Positions 26,123 through 35,991 are shown, counted from the first letter of the stretch. The stretch is 52,953 bases of DNA from Deltaproteobacteria bacterium (GCA_015493765.1 WGCQ01000170.1:1-52953); one strand, 5' to 3'. Made by a program: numbers and translations. Notes: generated by a model from the letters alone, not told the origin.

Positions 26123-27417
26123 AATGGACCGCCATTTATAAAAACAAGGCCGTTAATGCCGAGACCGCTGTATCCATGATCGAATCCGGCAACCGGGTGT
26201 ACCTGAGCGGTAATGCGGCCGCGCCTTATGCCCTGATGGAGGCGCTTGCCGGCAGGGCCGGCGAACTGCAAGACGTGGAACTGGTGCACGTGTTATTGAT
26301 GGGTAACGACCCCTTGTCAACGCCCGAAATGCGCAGGAGTTTCCGGCATAATTCATTGTTCGTAGGGCCAGCGGACCGCAAGGCGGTCAACGAGGGGCGT
26401 GCCGATTACGTTCCGGTTCACCTTCACCAAATCCCCAGGCTTTTCTATGAAGGGATGTTGCCCATAGACGTGGCCATGGTTAGCGTATCTCCGCCGGACG
26501 AGCACGGTTTTATGAGTTTCGGCGTGGAGGACCTGGCCACTAAGGCCGCTGTGGAAACGGCAAAACGCGTGATAGTCCAGATAAACCACCACATGCCCAG
26601 GACGCTTGGGGACTGTTTTGTGCACGTGAGCCGGGCCGATGCGATCGTGGAGGTGGAAAAGGACCTGCCACAACTGCCGCGCAAGCCTTTTACCGAGGTG
26701 GAACAACGCATAGGTGAATTCATTGCCGACCTGATCCGGGATGGGGATACGCTGCAACTGGGCATAGGCGGAATACCTGATGCCGTGCTCAAGGCGCTAA
26801 GCGGTTACAAGCACAATATCGGGATACACACCGAGATGGTATCCGACGGCGTGATGGAGGGAATAGAATCCGGCATGATTACCGGCGCCAACAAGACCTT
26901 GCATCCCGGCAAGGTTGTGGCAACATTCATTTTGGGTTCCAAGGCGCTCTACGACTTCGTGGACGACAACCCCGTATTCGAGATGCACCCTGTGGATTAC
27001 ACCAATAATCCCTTTGTGATCGCAAAGAACGACCGTATGGTGGCCATAAATTCCGCGATCGAGATTGACCTTACGGGTCAGGTGTGTTCCGACTCCATAG
27101 GGACTTACATTTACAGTGGTTTCGGTGGCCAGGTGGATTTCATTCGGGGTGCAGCCGCTGCTCGTGCAGGTAAACCGATCATTGCGGTGCCGTCCACGGC
27201 AAAAAAGGGAACGGTATCCAGGATAGTGCCCATGTTGAAGGAAGGTGCAGGTGTGGTCACGTCCAGGGCCGACGTGCATTATATTGTCACCGAATATGGT
27301 GTGGCCAGGTTATACGGTAAGAATCTGAAAGAGCGGGCCAGGGAATTGATTCGGATAGCAGCGCCCGGGTTCAGGGATGAACTGACCTATGCCGCCAAAA
27401 AAAGAAACCTGCTGTAA
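26119..27417 (+). CDS. acetyl-CoA hydrolase/transferase family protein (4-hydroxybutyrate / acetate CoA-transferase-like)
   Basis: ATGA overlap with ald. Motifs LQLGIGGIPDAV and YSGFGGQVDF. Confidence 0.8.
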   Translation: MKWTAIYKNKAVNAETAVSMIESGNRVYLSGNAAAPYALMEALAGRAGELQDVELVHVLLMGNDPLSTPEMRRSFRHNSLFVGPADRKAVNEGRADYVPVHLHQIPRLFYEGMLPIDVAMVSVSPPDEHGFMSFGVEDLATKAAVETAKRVIVQINHHMPRTLGDCFVHVSRADAIVEVEKDLPQLPRKPFTEVEQRIGEFIADLIRDGDTLQLGIGGIPDAVLKALSGYKHNIGIHTEMVSDGVMEGIESGMITGANKTLHPGKVVATFILGSKALYDFVDDNPVFEMHPVDYTNNPFVIAKNDRMVAINSAIEIDLTGQVCSDSIGTYIYSGFGGQVDFIRGAAAARAGKPIIAVPSTAKKGTVSRIVPMLKEGAGVVTSRADVHYIVTEYGVARLYGKNLKERARELIRIAAPGFRDELTYAAKKRNLL

Positions 27418-27440
27418 TCCACATCACCTGACTAAATGAG

Positions 27441-28330
27441 GCTCCGATTTTGTAACCGGAAACCACGGTCACGGCCTCGGTCAACGGTCTCGGCCTCGGC
27501 CTCGGTCAGTGAATTCTGGCTTCGGGTTTCGGGTCTCGGGACGCAGCCTGCGGCTGCTTTCGGGACGGCCCTGCGTGCCTTCGGGAAGGCTCCAGTTGCA
27601 ACCGGAAACCTCGGCCAACGGTCACGGATAGGCGGGCTAGACGCCCGCGGTACAGGCAGGCGAGGCCGAGGGTGTTGATTTGATGGCAAATTCAGGGCGG
27701 GTCTGAGACCCGCCCCTACGAATATTGTGTAAATTCAGTCTGTTATGACACAAGGTAAATTGCGTGTTGGGTAACATAACGAGTTTACACATCCTCGAGG
27801 CCGCCTACGCTCCACGGCTTTCGTTTTCACCGGGATCACACGGCCACGGCCACGGCCACGGTCAACGGTCACGGCCACGGTCAGTGAATTCTGGCTTCGG
27901 GCCTCTGGTATCGGGATTCGGGACGCAGCCTGCGGCTGCGCGGGACGGCCCTGCGGGCCTTCGGGAAGGCTCCCGTAGTAACCGGAAACCTCGGCCAACG
28001 GCCAACGGTCTCAGTTAACGGCTGAAAGCCCAGGCGAGCCGCCTGGGTTACAAGCAGGCCGGCGGCCTGCGCTCCATATGCCGCCTGCGCTCCACACGGC
28101 CAACGGCCAACGGTCAACGGTCACGGCCACGGTCAGTGAATTCTGGCTTCGGGCCTCTGGTATCGGGTCTCGGGACGCAGCCTGTGGCTGTTGCGGGACG
28201 GCCCTGCGGGCCTTCGGGAAGGCTCCCGTAGTAACCGGAAACCTCGGCCAACGGCCTCGGCCAACGGACTCGACCACGGCCACGGCCAACGGTCACGGCC
28301 ACGGTCAACGGCCACGGGCCTCGGTTATCG
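27441..28330 (+). repeat. array of three full R modules (27509-27626, 27884-28010, 28136-28254), one truncated module and interspersed CGGYCA(A) tracts and palindromic linker modules
   Basis: The unit reads GTGAATTCTGGCTTCGGGCCTCTGGTATCGGGTCTCGGGACGCAGCCTGCGGCTGC..GGGACGGCCCTGCGGGCCTTCGGGAAGGCTCCCGTAGTAACCGGAAACCTCGGCCAACGG. It contains the hairpins GCAGCC-TGC-GGCTGC and GGCCC-TGC-GGGCC. Confidence 0.9.
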
Positions 28331-28419
28331 GCCCACAGAGAAGAAAAAATCCAAAAACACTTCCCAAAAAAACTTGCAGGGAATAAAATATGGTTTTGAC
28401 GTCCCTTGGAGGGAAGGAA

Positions 28420-28902
28420 ATGGATGCAACAAAGGTAAAAGCCATTACAAAACAGGGCTACGAACAGTTGACAAAGGAACTCAAGCGACTGAAGGAGGTC
28501 GAACGGCCCAAAAACATCCAGGCCATTGCGGAAGCAAGGGCACATGGTGACCTGTCCGAAAACGCCGAATACGATGCCGCCAAGGAGGACCAATGGAAAC
28601 TTAACACCCGTATAGCACAACTGGAAACGGTCCTGTCCACAGCGGAGGTTGTGGACCCGGCCCGGTTATCCGGTGACAGGGTCATGTTCGGTGCCACGGT
28701 GGTGTTGTACGACGAGGATGCGGACAAGGAACTCACGTATCAACTGGTCAGCGAACTGGAAGCGGATTTGAAAAAGGGTAAGCTGTCGATTACGTCGCCG
28801 TTGGGACGGGCCTTGATCGGGAAATACGAGGGCGATGACGTGGTTGTCAAGACCCCCGCAGGCACCAGGTACGTGACGGTGGTGTCCGTTGAATACAAAT
28901 AG
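28420..28902 (+). CDS. greA: transcription elongation factor GreA
   Basis: Motif ITKQGYEQLTKELKRLK...ARAHGDLSENAEYDAAKE, with RBS GGAGGGAAGG upstream. Confidence 0.9.
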   Translation: MDATKVKAITKQGYEQLTKELKRLKEVERPKNIQAIAEARAHGDLSENAEYDAAKEDQWKLNTRIAQLETVLSTAEVVDPARLSGDRVMFGATVVLYDEDADKELTYQLVSELEADLKKGKLSITSPLGRALIGKYEGDDVVVKTPAGTRYVTVVSVEYK

Positions 28903-29332
28903 CAGGACGCAAATAGATCGCAGGATATCCGGTGGTGTAGAGGACACCATGCGACTTGCCCGCGAGTGGGCAGGACTATTGCGCGGTCGCAGCATAGGGA
29001 TGCGGGGTATTCTGGGTGCCGGTAAAACCGTGTTCGTGCGCGGCCTGGTTTCAGCCACCGGCGGCGACCCATGGGATGTGCGTAGTCCCACGTTTACCTT
29101 GATGAACATCTACAATACGGACCCGGTATTCTACCACTTTGATCTGTTTCGGTTGAAAGACGTCCATGAACTTGACGGCATTGGATTTTTTGACTTTCTG
29201 GAAATGCCAGGTACCAAGGCCGTGGAATGGGCTGACAAATTTTCGGATGTCATTACCGAAGTGGATTATGTCATTCTGTTCGAAGGCCAGGATCAGGATT
29301 CGGAAACGCGAACACTGACCTTGCTGAAGTAA
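28889..29332 (+). CDS. tsaE: tRNA threonylcarbamoyladenosine biosynthesis ATPase TsaE
   Basis: P-loop GILGAGKTVFVRGL and SPTFTLMNIY. The TTG start overlaps the greA end; an ATG at 28949 is an alternative. Confidence 0.8.
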   Translation: MNTNSRTQIDRRISGGVEDTMRLAREWAGLLRGRSIGMRGILGAGKTVFVRGLVSATGGDPWDVRSPTFTLMNIYNTDPVFYHFDLFRLKDVHELDGIGFFDFLEMPGTKAVEWADKFSDVITEVDYVILFEGQDQDSETRTLTLLK

Positions 29333-29348
29333 TCGGCCATAACAGGCA

Positions 29349-29801
29349 TCAAAACGGGATCTTTTCGTCCTCTATGGGTTCCTGTTCAGGTGTTTTTTCC
29401 TGGATTGCCGGGCCCGGGTCGTCAGGCATGGGCGGCTCGTCCGCGAATCCCTGGCCGCTATCGCGCCCGCTGTCCAGGAACTGGATCGTGCGCGCCACGA
29501 TCTCGGTGGTGTATTTCTTTACACCGTTTTTGTCTTCGTAAGACCTTGTTTGGAGCCTTCCTTCAACATACACCTGCCTGCCCTTGCTGAGGTACTCCTT
29601 TGCCTGTTCCGCAAGCCTCCCCCAGGCTATTACCCGGTGCCATTCGGTGCGTTCCTGCCATTGCCCGCTTGACTTGTCCTTCCAACTCTCGGACGTGGCA
29701 ATACTCAGCCTGCACACTGCCTGGCCGCTGGACGTGAAGGTCAGTTCCGGGTCGGCCCCCAGCCTGCCTATCAAAATTACCTTGTTTACGCTACCTGCCA
29801 T
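29349..29801 (-). CDS. ssb: single-stranded DNA-binding protein
   Basis: OB-fold N-terminus [16 protein letters not shown], a Pro/Gly-rich linker and an acidic tip ending DEKIPF. Confidence 0.9.
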   Translation of the reverse strand: MAGSVNKVILIGRLGADPELTFTSSGQAVCRLSIATSESWKDKSSGQWQERTEWHRVIAWGRLAEQAKEYLSKGRQVYVEGRLQTRSYEDKNGVKKYTTEIVARTIQFLDSGRDSGQGFADEPPMPDDPGPAIQEKTPEQEPIEDEKIPF

Positions 29802-29850
29802 TGTGTACCTCCTGTTTCAGGTCGTCCTGTAATAATAGTCGAAAAAAATC

Positions 29851-31083
29851 TCATTTTTTTTCACTTTTTCGCAATTTTTTTTCGTTTTTTGGGTGCTTGT
29901 CCGCCACCTCACCGGGCACGGCCTCCACGCACACGTCGTGCACGGCCCGTAAACATGCATCCGCATTTGCGCGCCTTACCAGTGCCGACAACGTGATCGG
30001 TGTGGCCAGGATCATGCTTTCAGGACCGGCTTTCTGTACGAAACAGTTGTATATCCCGGGCCTGGATACGCCTTCACCCACCACCGTAACCATGGCCAGG
30101 TCCCTCGTAATATCCGGTTCCACCAGCCACTTGTCCAGGCCTTTCATAAACTCGGCTTCGTTGATCGCCAGGCAGGCGGTGTCCAGGACCACCATGCCCC
30201 GACCGGCGGGGTCATGTCCAAGATATTCAATACCTGCACCGTTATCCATCATGAATGAGGCCAACCCTGTGAGGGACACCACATCCTTCCACCTGACCAC
30301 GCAGACCGCCTTGCTGGTAACACCACTGACCACCCGGTCAGCAGTAGGCTGTCCCCTGCGGATCACCGTACCCCTGCCCTTGTGGCCAAAACTGGCCCTT
30401 GCATAGATAGCAATGCCCTTGCGCCTGGCAAATTCCACCGCATCGGCATTCAGCACCACTGCGCCGTGTCTGGCCAGGGCGATCATCCGGGTATAGTCTA
30501 TTTCTTCCAGTCTGTGTGCGGACAATACGACCCTTGGGTCAGCGCTATATACCCCGTCTATATCGGAATAGATCTCGCACCTTTCCGCATCCAGGGCCGC
30601 AGCCATGGCAACAGCGGTTGTATCGGACCCTCCACGGCCCAGGCTGGTGATTTCGCGGTTGTAACTCATACCCTGGTAGCCCGCAATGATCACGATCTTG
30701 CCGTCCTCCAGCGAGTCCAGGACCCGAAACGGTCTGATTTCGATGATCCGGGCATGGGTATGGCTGGCATTGGTGATGATCCCGGCCTGGGAACCTGTCA
30801 GGCTGACTGCGGGAAAACCCAACCCCTGGATTGCCATGGACAACAGGGCCATGCTGACCCGTTCACCCACCGTTACCAGCATGTCCATCTCACGTCGTGC
30901 AGGCGAAGGGTTGATCTGGCGTGCCATATCGATCAGGTTGTCCGTGGTTTTGCCCATGGCGGAAACCACAACCACCACGTCAAACCCCTGTTGACGCAGG
31001 GCCGTTACGTGCCGAGCCACTTCCTTTATCTTGTTGGTATCAGCAAGTGACGAGCCGCCGTATTTCTGCACGATGATTCGCAT
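29851..31083 (-). CDS. lysC: aspartate kinase
   Basis: N-terminus [15 protein letters not shown], with C-terminal ACT-type regulatory repeats. Confidence 0.9.
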   Translation of the reverse strand: MRIIVQKYGGSSLADTNKIKEVARHVTALRQQGFDVVVVVSAMGKTTDNLIDMARQINPSPARREMDMLVTVGERVSMALLSMAIQGLGFPAVSLTGSQAGIITNASHTHARIIEIRPFRVLDSLEDGKIVIIAGYQGMSYNREITSLGRGGSDTTAVAMAAALDAERCEIYSDIDGVYSADPRVVLSAHRLEEIDYTRMIALARHGAVVLNADAVEFARRKGIAIYARASFGHKGRGTVIRRGQPTADRVVSGVTSKAVCVVRWKDVVSLTGLASFMMDNGAGIEYLGHDPAGRGMVVLDTACLAINEAEFMKGLDKWLVEPDITRDLAMVTVVGEGVSRPGIYNCFVQKAGPESMILATPITLSALVRRANADACLRAVHDVCVEAVPGEVADKHPKNEKKLRKSEKK

Positions 31084-31285
31084 AACCCCGGTATTCTAAC
31101 ACCAGCCCCCATGGAAATAAAGAGAGGATTTTTTCCGAGGCATCTTCGATGTTGGGGTTGTAATTCGACTTTTTTGTAAAACAAGGGGTTACGAAGGACA
31201 GGGGCGAAATCGTCGATTTTGACGAAAAGCATGTATGGGGGATAGTATGCGGAAGCCACGATTGATGGTTACATCGAATCATGAC

Positions 31286-31446
31286 AAAGGGCAGGTCTGA
31301 GACCTGCCCCTACAATACGGATTTGGCAACCAATCGTAGGTGCGGGTCCGTGACCCGCCCTGTAGGGCATTCTTCACCAAACCCTCGGCCACGGTCAACG
31401 GATGCGGAAAAGGCCGGCAGGATGCCGGCCCCACTCGGCCTCGGTC
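31286..31446. repeat. cluster of palindromic repeat modules
   Basis: GGGCAGGTC-TGA-GACCTGCCC (31289-31309), GCGGGTC-CGT-GACCCGC (31342-31358), a CGGCCACGGTCAACGG tract, and GGCCGGCA-GGA-TGCCGGCC (also present at 36946-36964). Confidence 0.8.
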
Positions 31447-31595
31447 CCGTTTTTTCTTGGGGTAAAAAATTCGGTTTTCAAGCAAACCGCAGCCGGAAAA
31501 CCCCATTCCTTCGTTGATTCTTGGGGTAAATTCATTTTTAGACCCCTGTCAGGGCCTTGTGTATCAAGCATCACGAGACGTCGAAGTTGGCTCTT

Positions 31596-31620
31596 TCCCA
31601 AATTACCTGACTAAATTCGG
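31596..31620 (-). repeat. 24-25 nt intergenic box, main variant
   Basis: The plus strand reads TCCCAAATTACCTGACTAAATTCGG. Confidence 0.85.
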
Positions 31621-31647
31621 GATTCTGTCGATAGGCATACGGGGTAC

Positions 31648-32343
31648 TCATAGTTCGTATGCCACGCCCAGGAGCAGGCGAAATTCCCACGTGTTCTGGT
31701 AGGTCATGTCCATGGAATTGCCCGTAAATCCGCCCGTAGTCAACTTTACACGGTCGTTGTAGGACGAAGGCTGTGACAGGTTGTACGCGGCCCTGAAATC
31801 GATGGGCATCCGGAAATGCCTGGACAATTTCACATCGAATCCCAATTCTGCGGCCCACAACACGGAAGTCTTTGTCTTGACGTTGAACTTGGCAAAGTTG
31901 GGATGATCCACCTTGCCTTCGCTGGATATGGGAAACTCGAATACAGGCCCAGTACCCAGGGATAGTTTTATCCCTGGCAAGGGCAACACCGCTTTTACCA
32001 GGATTGGCAGTTTGAAATTGAATGACTTGGCAGTGTATTTAATCTTGACTCCGTTTATCGTATCCTTTTCAATGACCTCATCCCATCCGAACAGGAATTC
32101 CGTATCCAGGGCGATGAACTTGATAAACCTCAGTTCAACGTATGCACCGACACCGCCAGCAAAGCCAGCAGTGGTCTCTGTAAAAGCCATGTTGGAATAG
32201 GATGGTGAATTATCCGGGGCCACCCACAAATCGGCACCCACGGCACCCTTTACACCTGATTCGATGTCCAGCCAACCGGGTATGCCTGCATACGCGGGAC
32301 CGGCAATGGCAAGCACCAGGCAAGCAATCGCAAATCGTTTCAT
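31648..32343 (-). CDS. outer-membrane beta-barrel protein (small porin/OmpA-barrel-like)
   Basis: RBS GGGAGGAG, signal peptide MKRFAIACLVLAIAGPAYA, and alternating-hydrophobic strands throughout. Confidence 0.65.
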   Translation of the reverse strand: MKRFAIACLVLAIAGPAYAGIPGWLDIESGVKGAVGADLWVAPDNSPSYSNMAFTETTAGFAGGVGAYVELRFIKFIALDTEFLFGWDEVIEKDTINGVKIKYTAKSFNFKLPILVKAVLPLPGIKLSLGTGPVFEFPISSEGKVDHPNFAKFNVKTKTSVLWAAELGFDVKLSRHFRMPIDFRAAYNLSQPSSYNDRVKLTTGGFTGNSMDMTYQNTWEFRLLLGVAYEL

Positions 32344-32364
32344 GTCACTCCTCCCTGACAACAC

Positions 32365-32394
32365 ATAGTAATTGGTCATGCCAGGTTATGTCAA
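32365..32394 (-). promoter_or_regulatory. candidate sigma70-type promoter (TTGACA-18-TACTAT) of the OMP gene
   Basis: The minus strand reads TTGACAtaacctggcatgaccaatTACTAT. The -10 lies about 20 nt upstream of the RBS, and a degenerate box copy sits 2 nt upstream of the -35. Confidence 0.5.
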
Positions 32395-32396
32395 TA

Positions 32397-32419
32397 TCCC
32401 AAATTACATGCCTGAATTC
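32397..32419 (-). repeat. degenerate copy of the intergenic box
   Basis: TCCCAAATTACATGCCTGAATTC. The first 12 nt match the consensus and the remainder diverges. Confidence 0.45.
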
Positions 32420-32458
32420 TGAAATGGTACAGGTTCACAGATTAAAACTGTTGGATAA

Positions 32459-33448
32459 TCAGATGGTTATAATGCCGAGTTTCTGCCGAACTTCTGCCAC
32501 GGTCCGGGATATCCTTTCCTTGGCACGCACGTTACCGGACCTCAACACTTCCACCACCACGTCCGGTTTGTCCACCAGTTCCCGCCGCCTTTGCTGAAAC
32601 GGCTCCAGCAGGTTGTTGATGTTTTTCGCAAGGATTTTTTTGCACTCCACACATCCCATGGCAGCGGTCCTGCAACCCTCGGCACACGTGTTGATTTCCT
32701 CCGGGGAACTGACCAGGGTATGCAGTTTGAAGATATTGCAGACCTCGGGATTGCCAGGGTCGTTGCGCCTGACACGGGCCGGGTCCGTTACCGCGGTTCG
32801 TAGTTTCTGCATCACCACGTCCGGCGGGTCCTCCAGGTTGATCGTGTTGTTTTCGCTCTTGCCCATCTTGCCCGTACCGTCCAATCCGGGCACGGTGATC
32901 GGCCTGTCGTCCATGGCCCTGGGCTCGGGAAATGTCTTGCCGTGCAGGTAGTTGAACCTGCGGGCCAGTTCAGCGGTCATCTCGAGGTGGGGCAGTTGGT
33001 CCTTGCCCACAGGAACCAGTTCTGCCCTGGGACCCAGTATGTCAGCGGCCATCAGCACCGGGTAGTTCAGCAGGCCTGCGTTCACGTTTTTTGGTTGCAG
33101 CCTGACCTTGTCCTTAAACGTGGGCACCCTTTCGAGGTCGCCTTTGGGTGTGAGGCAACTGAGGTACCAGAACAGTTCAGCCGTTTGCGGCACACTGGAT
33201 TGCAGGTACAAGGCCGATTTTTTTGGGTCCACGCCCGCAGCCAGGTAATCCAGGACCATGTCGTTCAAAAAATTGTCCTTCGTATCCCTTTTTGTGGTCA
33301 GGGTATGCCAGTCAGCCACGAAAAAATAGGTCTCGTAGTCATCATCCTGTGACAGGCGGGCAAAATTACGAAGCGCGCCGAGGTAGTTGCCCAGGTGGAG
33401 CCTCCCTGTTGCCCTGATCCCTGACACCACCACCTTTTTTTCACTCAT
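32459..33448 (-). CDS. trpS: tryptophan--tRNA ligase
   Basis: HIGH-type motif GRLHLGNYLGA, KMSKS-type motif GKMGKSE, and overall class I TrpRS length. Confidence 0.9.
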   Translation of the reverse strand: MSEKKVVVSGIRATGRLHLGNYLGALRNFARLSQDDDYETYFFVADWHTLTTKRDTKDNFLNDMVLDYLAAGVDPKKSALYLQSSVPQTAELFWYLSCLTPKGDLERVPTFKDKVRLQPKNVNAGLLNYPVLMAADILGPRAELVPVGKDQLPHLEMTAELARRFNYLHGKTFPEPRAMDDRPITVPGLDGTGKMGKSENNTINLEDPPDVVMQKLRTAVTDPARVRRNDPGNPEVCNIFKLHTLVSSPEEINTCAEGCRTAAMGCVECKKILAKNINNLLEPFQQRRRELVDKPDVVVEVLRSGNVRAKERISRTVAEVRQKLGIITI

Positions 33449-33466
33449 CCATCAGCCTCCACGTAG

Positions 33467-33542
<76 letters not shown>

Positions 33543-33585
33543 AAAGGAAATGTAGCAAAGCCTCATGTTGATGTCAAGGGGTGTG

Positions 33586-33962
33586 TGGCCGAGGCCGTTG
33601 ACCGAGACCGTGGCCGTTGACCGTGGCCGTTGGCCGTTGACCGTGGCCGTGGCCGTGGCCGTGTGATCCCGGTGAAAACGAAAGCCGTGGAGCGCAGGCG
33701 GCCTCGCCTGCTTGTAACCCAGGCGGCTCGCCTGGTCTTTCATCCGTTGTCCGTGTGCTCCCGGTTACAACGGAAGCCTTCCCGCAAGGCCCGAAGGGCC
33801 GCCCCGCAGCAGCCGCAGGCTGCGACCCGATGCCAGAGGCCCGAAGCCAGAATTCAGTGGCCGAGGCCGTTGACCGAGACCGAGGCCGTGGCCGTGGAGC
33901 GCAGGCGGCCTCGCCTGCTTGTTTCGCGGGCGTCCCGCCTGCCTTTCCGTGGCCGTTGACCG
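33586..33962 (-). repeat. repeat mosaic in inverted orientation: hexamer tracts, linker palindromes and one R module (about 33760-33858)
   Basis: TGGCCG/TTGACCG tracts at 33586-33661 and 33859-33895. CCAGGCGGCTCGCCTGG and GCAGGCGGCCTCGCCTGC palindromes. The reverse complement of 33760-33858 aligns with the R modules at 27509-28254. Confidence 0.85.
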
Positions 33963-34022
33963 TAGAGCCTGTTGACTTGGGTATATACTACTCCCGGGGA
34001 TGCGATTGCCCCCTTTTACTAC

Positions 34023-34799
34023 CTATGTTCCATCCAAAGCCATGAAATTCAAGGTGGCGTAAATTACAAAGAACGGGAACACGATTGCTATCATGAACTG
34101 GTTGATTATGGGTATATAGGACAAAAGGGCAGGAAACCAGCCAAGCGTGGCCGTAAAACACGGGTGCCTGGTGGTCCAATGGAGTTTTTGGCGCAAGGTC
34201 AAGCCTTTGCGTGATGCTACGTAGTCCAAAAACAACACGGCATAGGTATAAAGGTAAACGATAAGGCTGGCAATGGAACCAAATACGGGTACAAACAGGA
34301 ACGCCAGGGCGATTAAAGACAATACAAGGCTGAACATGCCTATTTTCAACGCCTCTTTCAGGTCAAACCACAGTTGTTTAATCGAAAAATCGGTTTCCAC
34401 AACCGTGCCGGATGCCTTTTTCTCGCTGATCCGGGACAGCCAGGAATAAACCGGTGAAATCAGGATGTATATCAACAGGAATGCCAGGTAGAAGGTCAAT
34501 CCGAGCACGGCCAGTTTTGCAGCCCAGAAACCCGCCCACCACAAGCCGTACCAGATGTACGACCATGTATTTGTCAATGCAGGCGCATGCCACCACGACA
34601 CAAAGGCCTTGGAAAATTCGGTGCTTGTAAACGATGTCAGGTACCAGGCCCCAGCATAATTTACAGCCACTATGGCAATGGAGGCCACGAGTACTGTGGG
34701 ATTACGGATGATGAACCTGATAGTTGCAAGGATTGTGTAACGGCCTGCACGCTTCACAGATGCATCCCGGCCTTTTCCCCTGTATTTATCCACGGCCAT
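34023..34799 (-). CDS. polytopic membrane protein, tentatively EI24/CysZ-like
   Basis: Five or six hydrophobic helices. The segment FLFVPVFGSIASLIVYLYTYAVLFLDYVASRKG resembles the EI24 family core. Its start overlaps the upstream gene end by 14 nt. Confidence 0.45.
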   Translation of the reverse strand: MAVDKYRGKGRDASVKRAGRYTILATIRFIIRNPTVLVASIAIVAVNYAGAWYLTSFTSTEFSKAFVSWWHAPALTNTWSYIWYGLWWAGFWAAKLAVLGLTFYLAFLLIYILISPVYSWLSRISEKKASGTVVETDFSIKQLWFDLKEALKIGMFSLVLSLIALAFLFVPVFGSIASLIVYLYTYAVLFLDYVASRKGLTLRQKLHWTTRHPCFTATLGWFPALLSYIPIINQFMIAIVFPFFVIYATLNFMALDGT

Positions 34800-35991
34800 G
34801 GCGCACTTTGATATAGGTTGCAAGGCCTTGCTTGAGTATATCCATGGCTCGACGGGTCTTTTCGACGTTCAACACGAAGGCGATCCTGACCTGGTCCTTG
34901 CCAAGTCCGGGTGTCGAATAAAATCCCTGGGCAGGGGCAAGCATCACGGTTTCACCAGCCACATCGAAATCAGTGAGCATCCACACAACGAAGTCCTCAG
35001 CGTCCTTTACGGGCAGACGCACGATGATGTAGAAGGCACCGTTTGGGACCTGGAATTCCACGCCGTCCATGTCCTTGAGCCCCTCTATCACCGCGTCCCG
35101 ACGTGCCCTGTACTCGGCCACCATCCGTTTAAAGTAATCACTGCCAAGGTCCGCGGAGGGTACAGCCACGAGTTGTTCGATGGTGGGAGGACACAACCTG
35201 GCCTGGGCATAGGCCAAAGCAGCCTGCATCACCTGTGGATTACGCGAAATAAATGCACCGATCCTCAACCCGCATGCGGAAAAACGCTTGGAAATGCTGT
35301 CCATCACGATTACATGGTCGTGCATGTCCTCGAAATCCAATAAACTGGTGTGTTTTTCCCCGTTAAATATGAATTCCCGGTAAACCTCGTCGCCCAACAA
35401 AAACAGGTCGTGCTTCCTTGCCAGGTGTGCCAGTTTTCGTAGTTCCTCGGCACCGTAAACCTTGCCCGTGGGGTTATTCGGGTTGCATATCATCAAGGCC
35501 CTGGTCCTGGGCGTTATCAAGGCCTCGATAGCCTCCACGGAAGGCAGTTCCCAGTTCGTTTCGAGGCTGGTCGTTATTGGCCTCAACCGGACACCGGCGG
35601 CCACGGAAAAACCATTGTAATTCGTATAAAAGGGCTCTGGAACCAGGACTTCGTCCCCCGGGTCACAGCACACGGTGAATGCCATGGTAATGGCCTCACT
35701 GCCACCGGTGGTCACGATGATATTTTCCCGATCCAGGGCAATCCCATGAAAGGCATAGTAACGGACCAGTGCGTCCTGGTACTCTGCCAGGCCCTGGCTT
35801 GGACCGTATGCTATGACTTTTTTATCTATATTTTTCAAAACATTACGCATTTGAGCAGGGGTTTCCACGTCAGGCTGGCCAATATTCAGTGCATAGATGT
35901 GCTTGCCGCTGGCCAACGCTGCATCGGCAAATGGTTTCAGTTTTCGTATTGGTGAAGGCGGCAGGAGGCTGCCCCGGGTCGATATCTTCAT
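34786..35991 (-). CDS. class I pyridoxal-phosphate-dependent aminotransferase (aspartate/aromatic type)
   Basis: N-terminus PPSPIRKL..., the NPNNPTG motif, and the PLP-lysine context SISKRFSACGLRIG. Confidence 0.85.
   Translation of the reverse strand: MKISTRGSLLPPSPIRKLKPFADAALASGKHIYALNIGQPDVETPAQMRNVLKNIDKKVIAYGPSQGLAEYQDALVRYYAFHGIALDRENIIVTTGGSEAITMAFTVCCDPGDEVLVPEPFYTNYNGFSVAAGVRLRPITTSLETNWELPSVEAIEALITPRTRALMICNPNNPTGKVYGAEELRKLAHLARKHDLFLLGDEVYREFIFNGEKHTSLLDFEDMHDHVIVMDSISKRFSACGLRIGAFISRNPQVMQAALAYAQARLCPPTIEQLVAVPSADLGSDYFKRMVAEYRARRDAVIEGLKDMDGVEFQVPNGAFYIIVRLPVKDAEDFVVWMLTDFDVAGETVMLAPAQGFYSTPGLGKDQVRIAFVLNVEKTRRAMDILKQGLATYIKVRHGRG

Noticed and set aside
27441-28330. The repeat array between the CoA-transferase gene and greA as a possible CRISPR array.
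   Set aside because: The units are about 120 nt and irregularly spaced (376 and 257 nt apart). The intervening sequence is itself made of repeats found elsewhere. There is no short uniform direct repeat with unique spacers, and no cas genes are present in the window.
28114-28620. ORFs translating the repeat tracts: Gly/His/Arg-rich peptides such as GHGHGQRSRPR and 31395..31601, plus the FPNYLTKFG peptides.
   Set aside because: They coincide exactly with non-coding repeat modules present in both orientations and in several frames. They have no RBS and are not credible proteins.
31084-31300. Possible lysine riboswitch in the long leader of lysC.
   Set aside because: Reading the minus strand, I could not find the conserved L-box core elements. 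The region is instead occupied by the palindromic repeat modules seen in other spacers.
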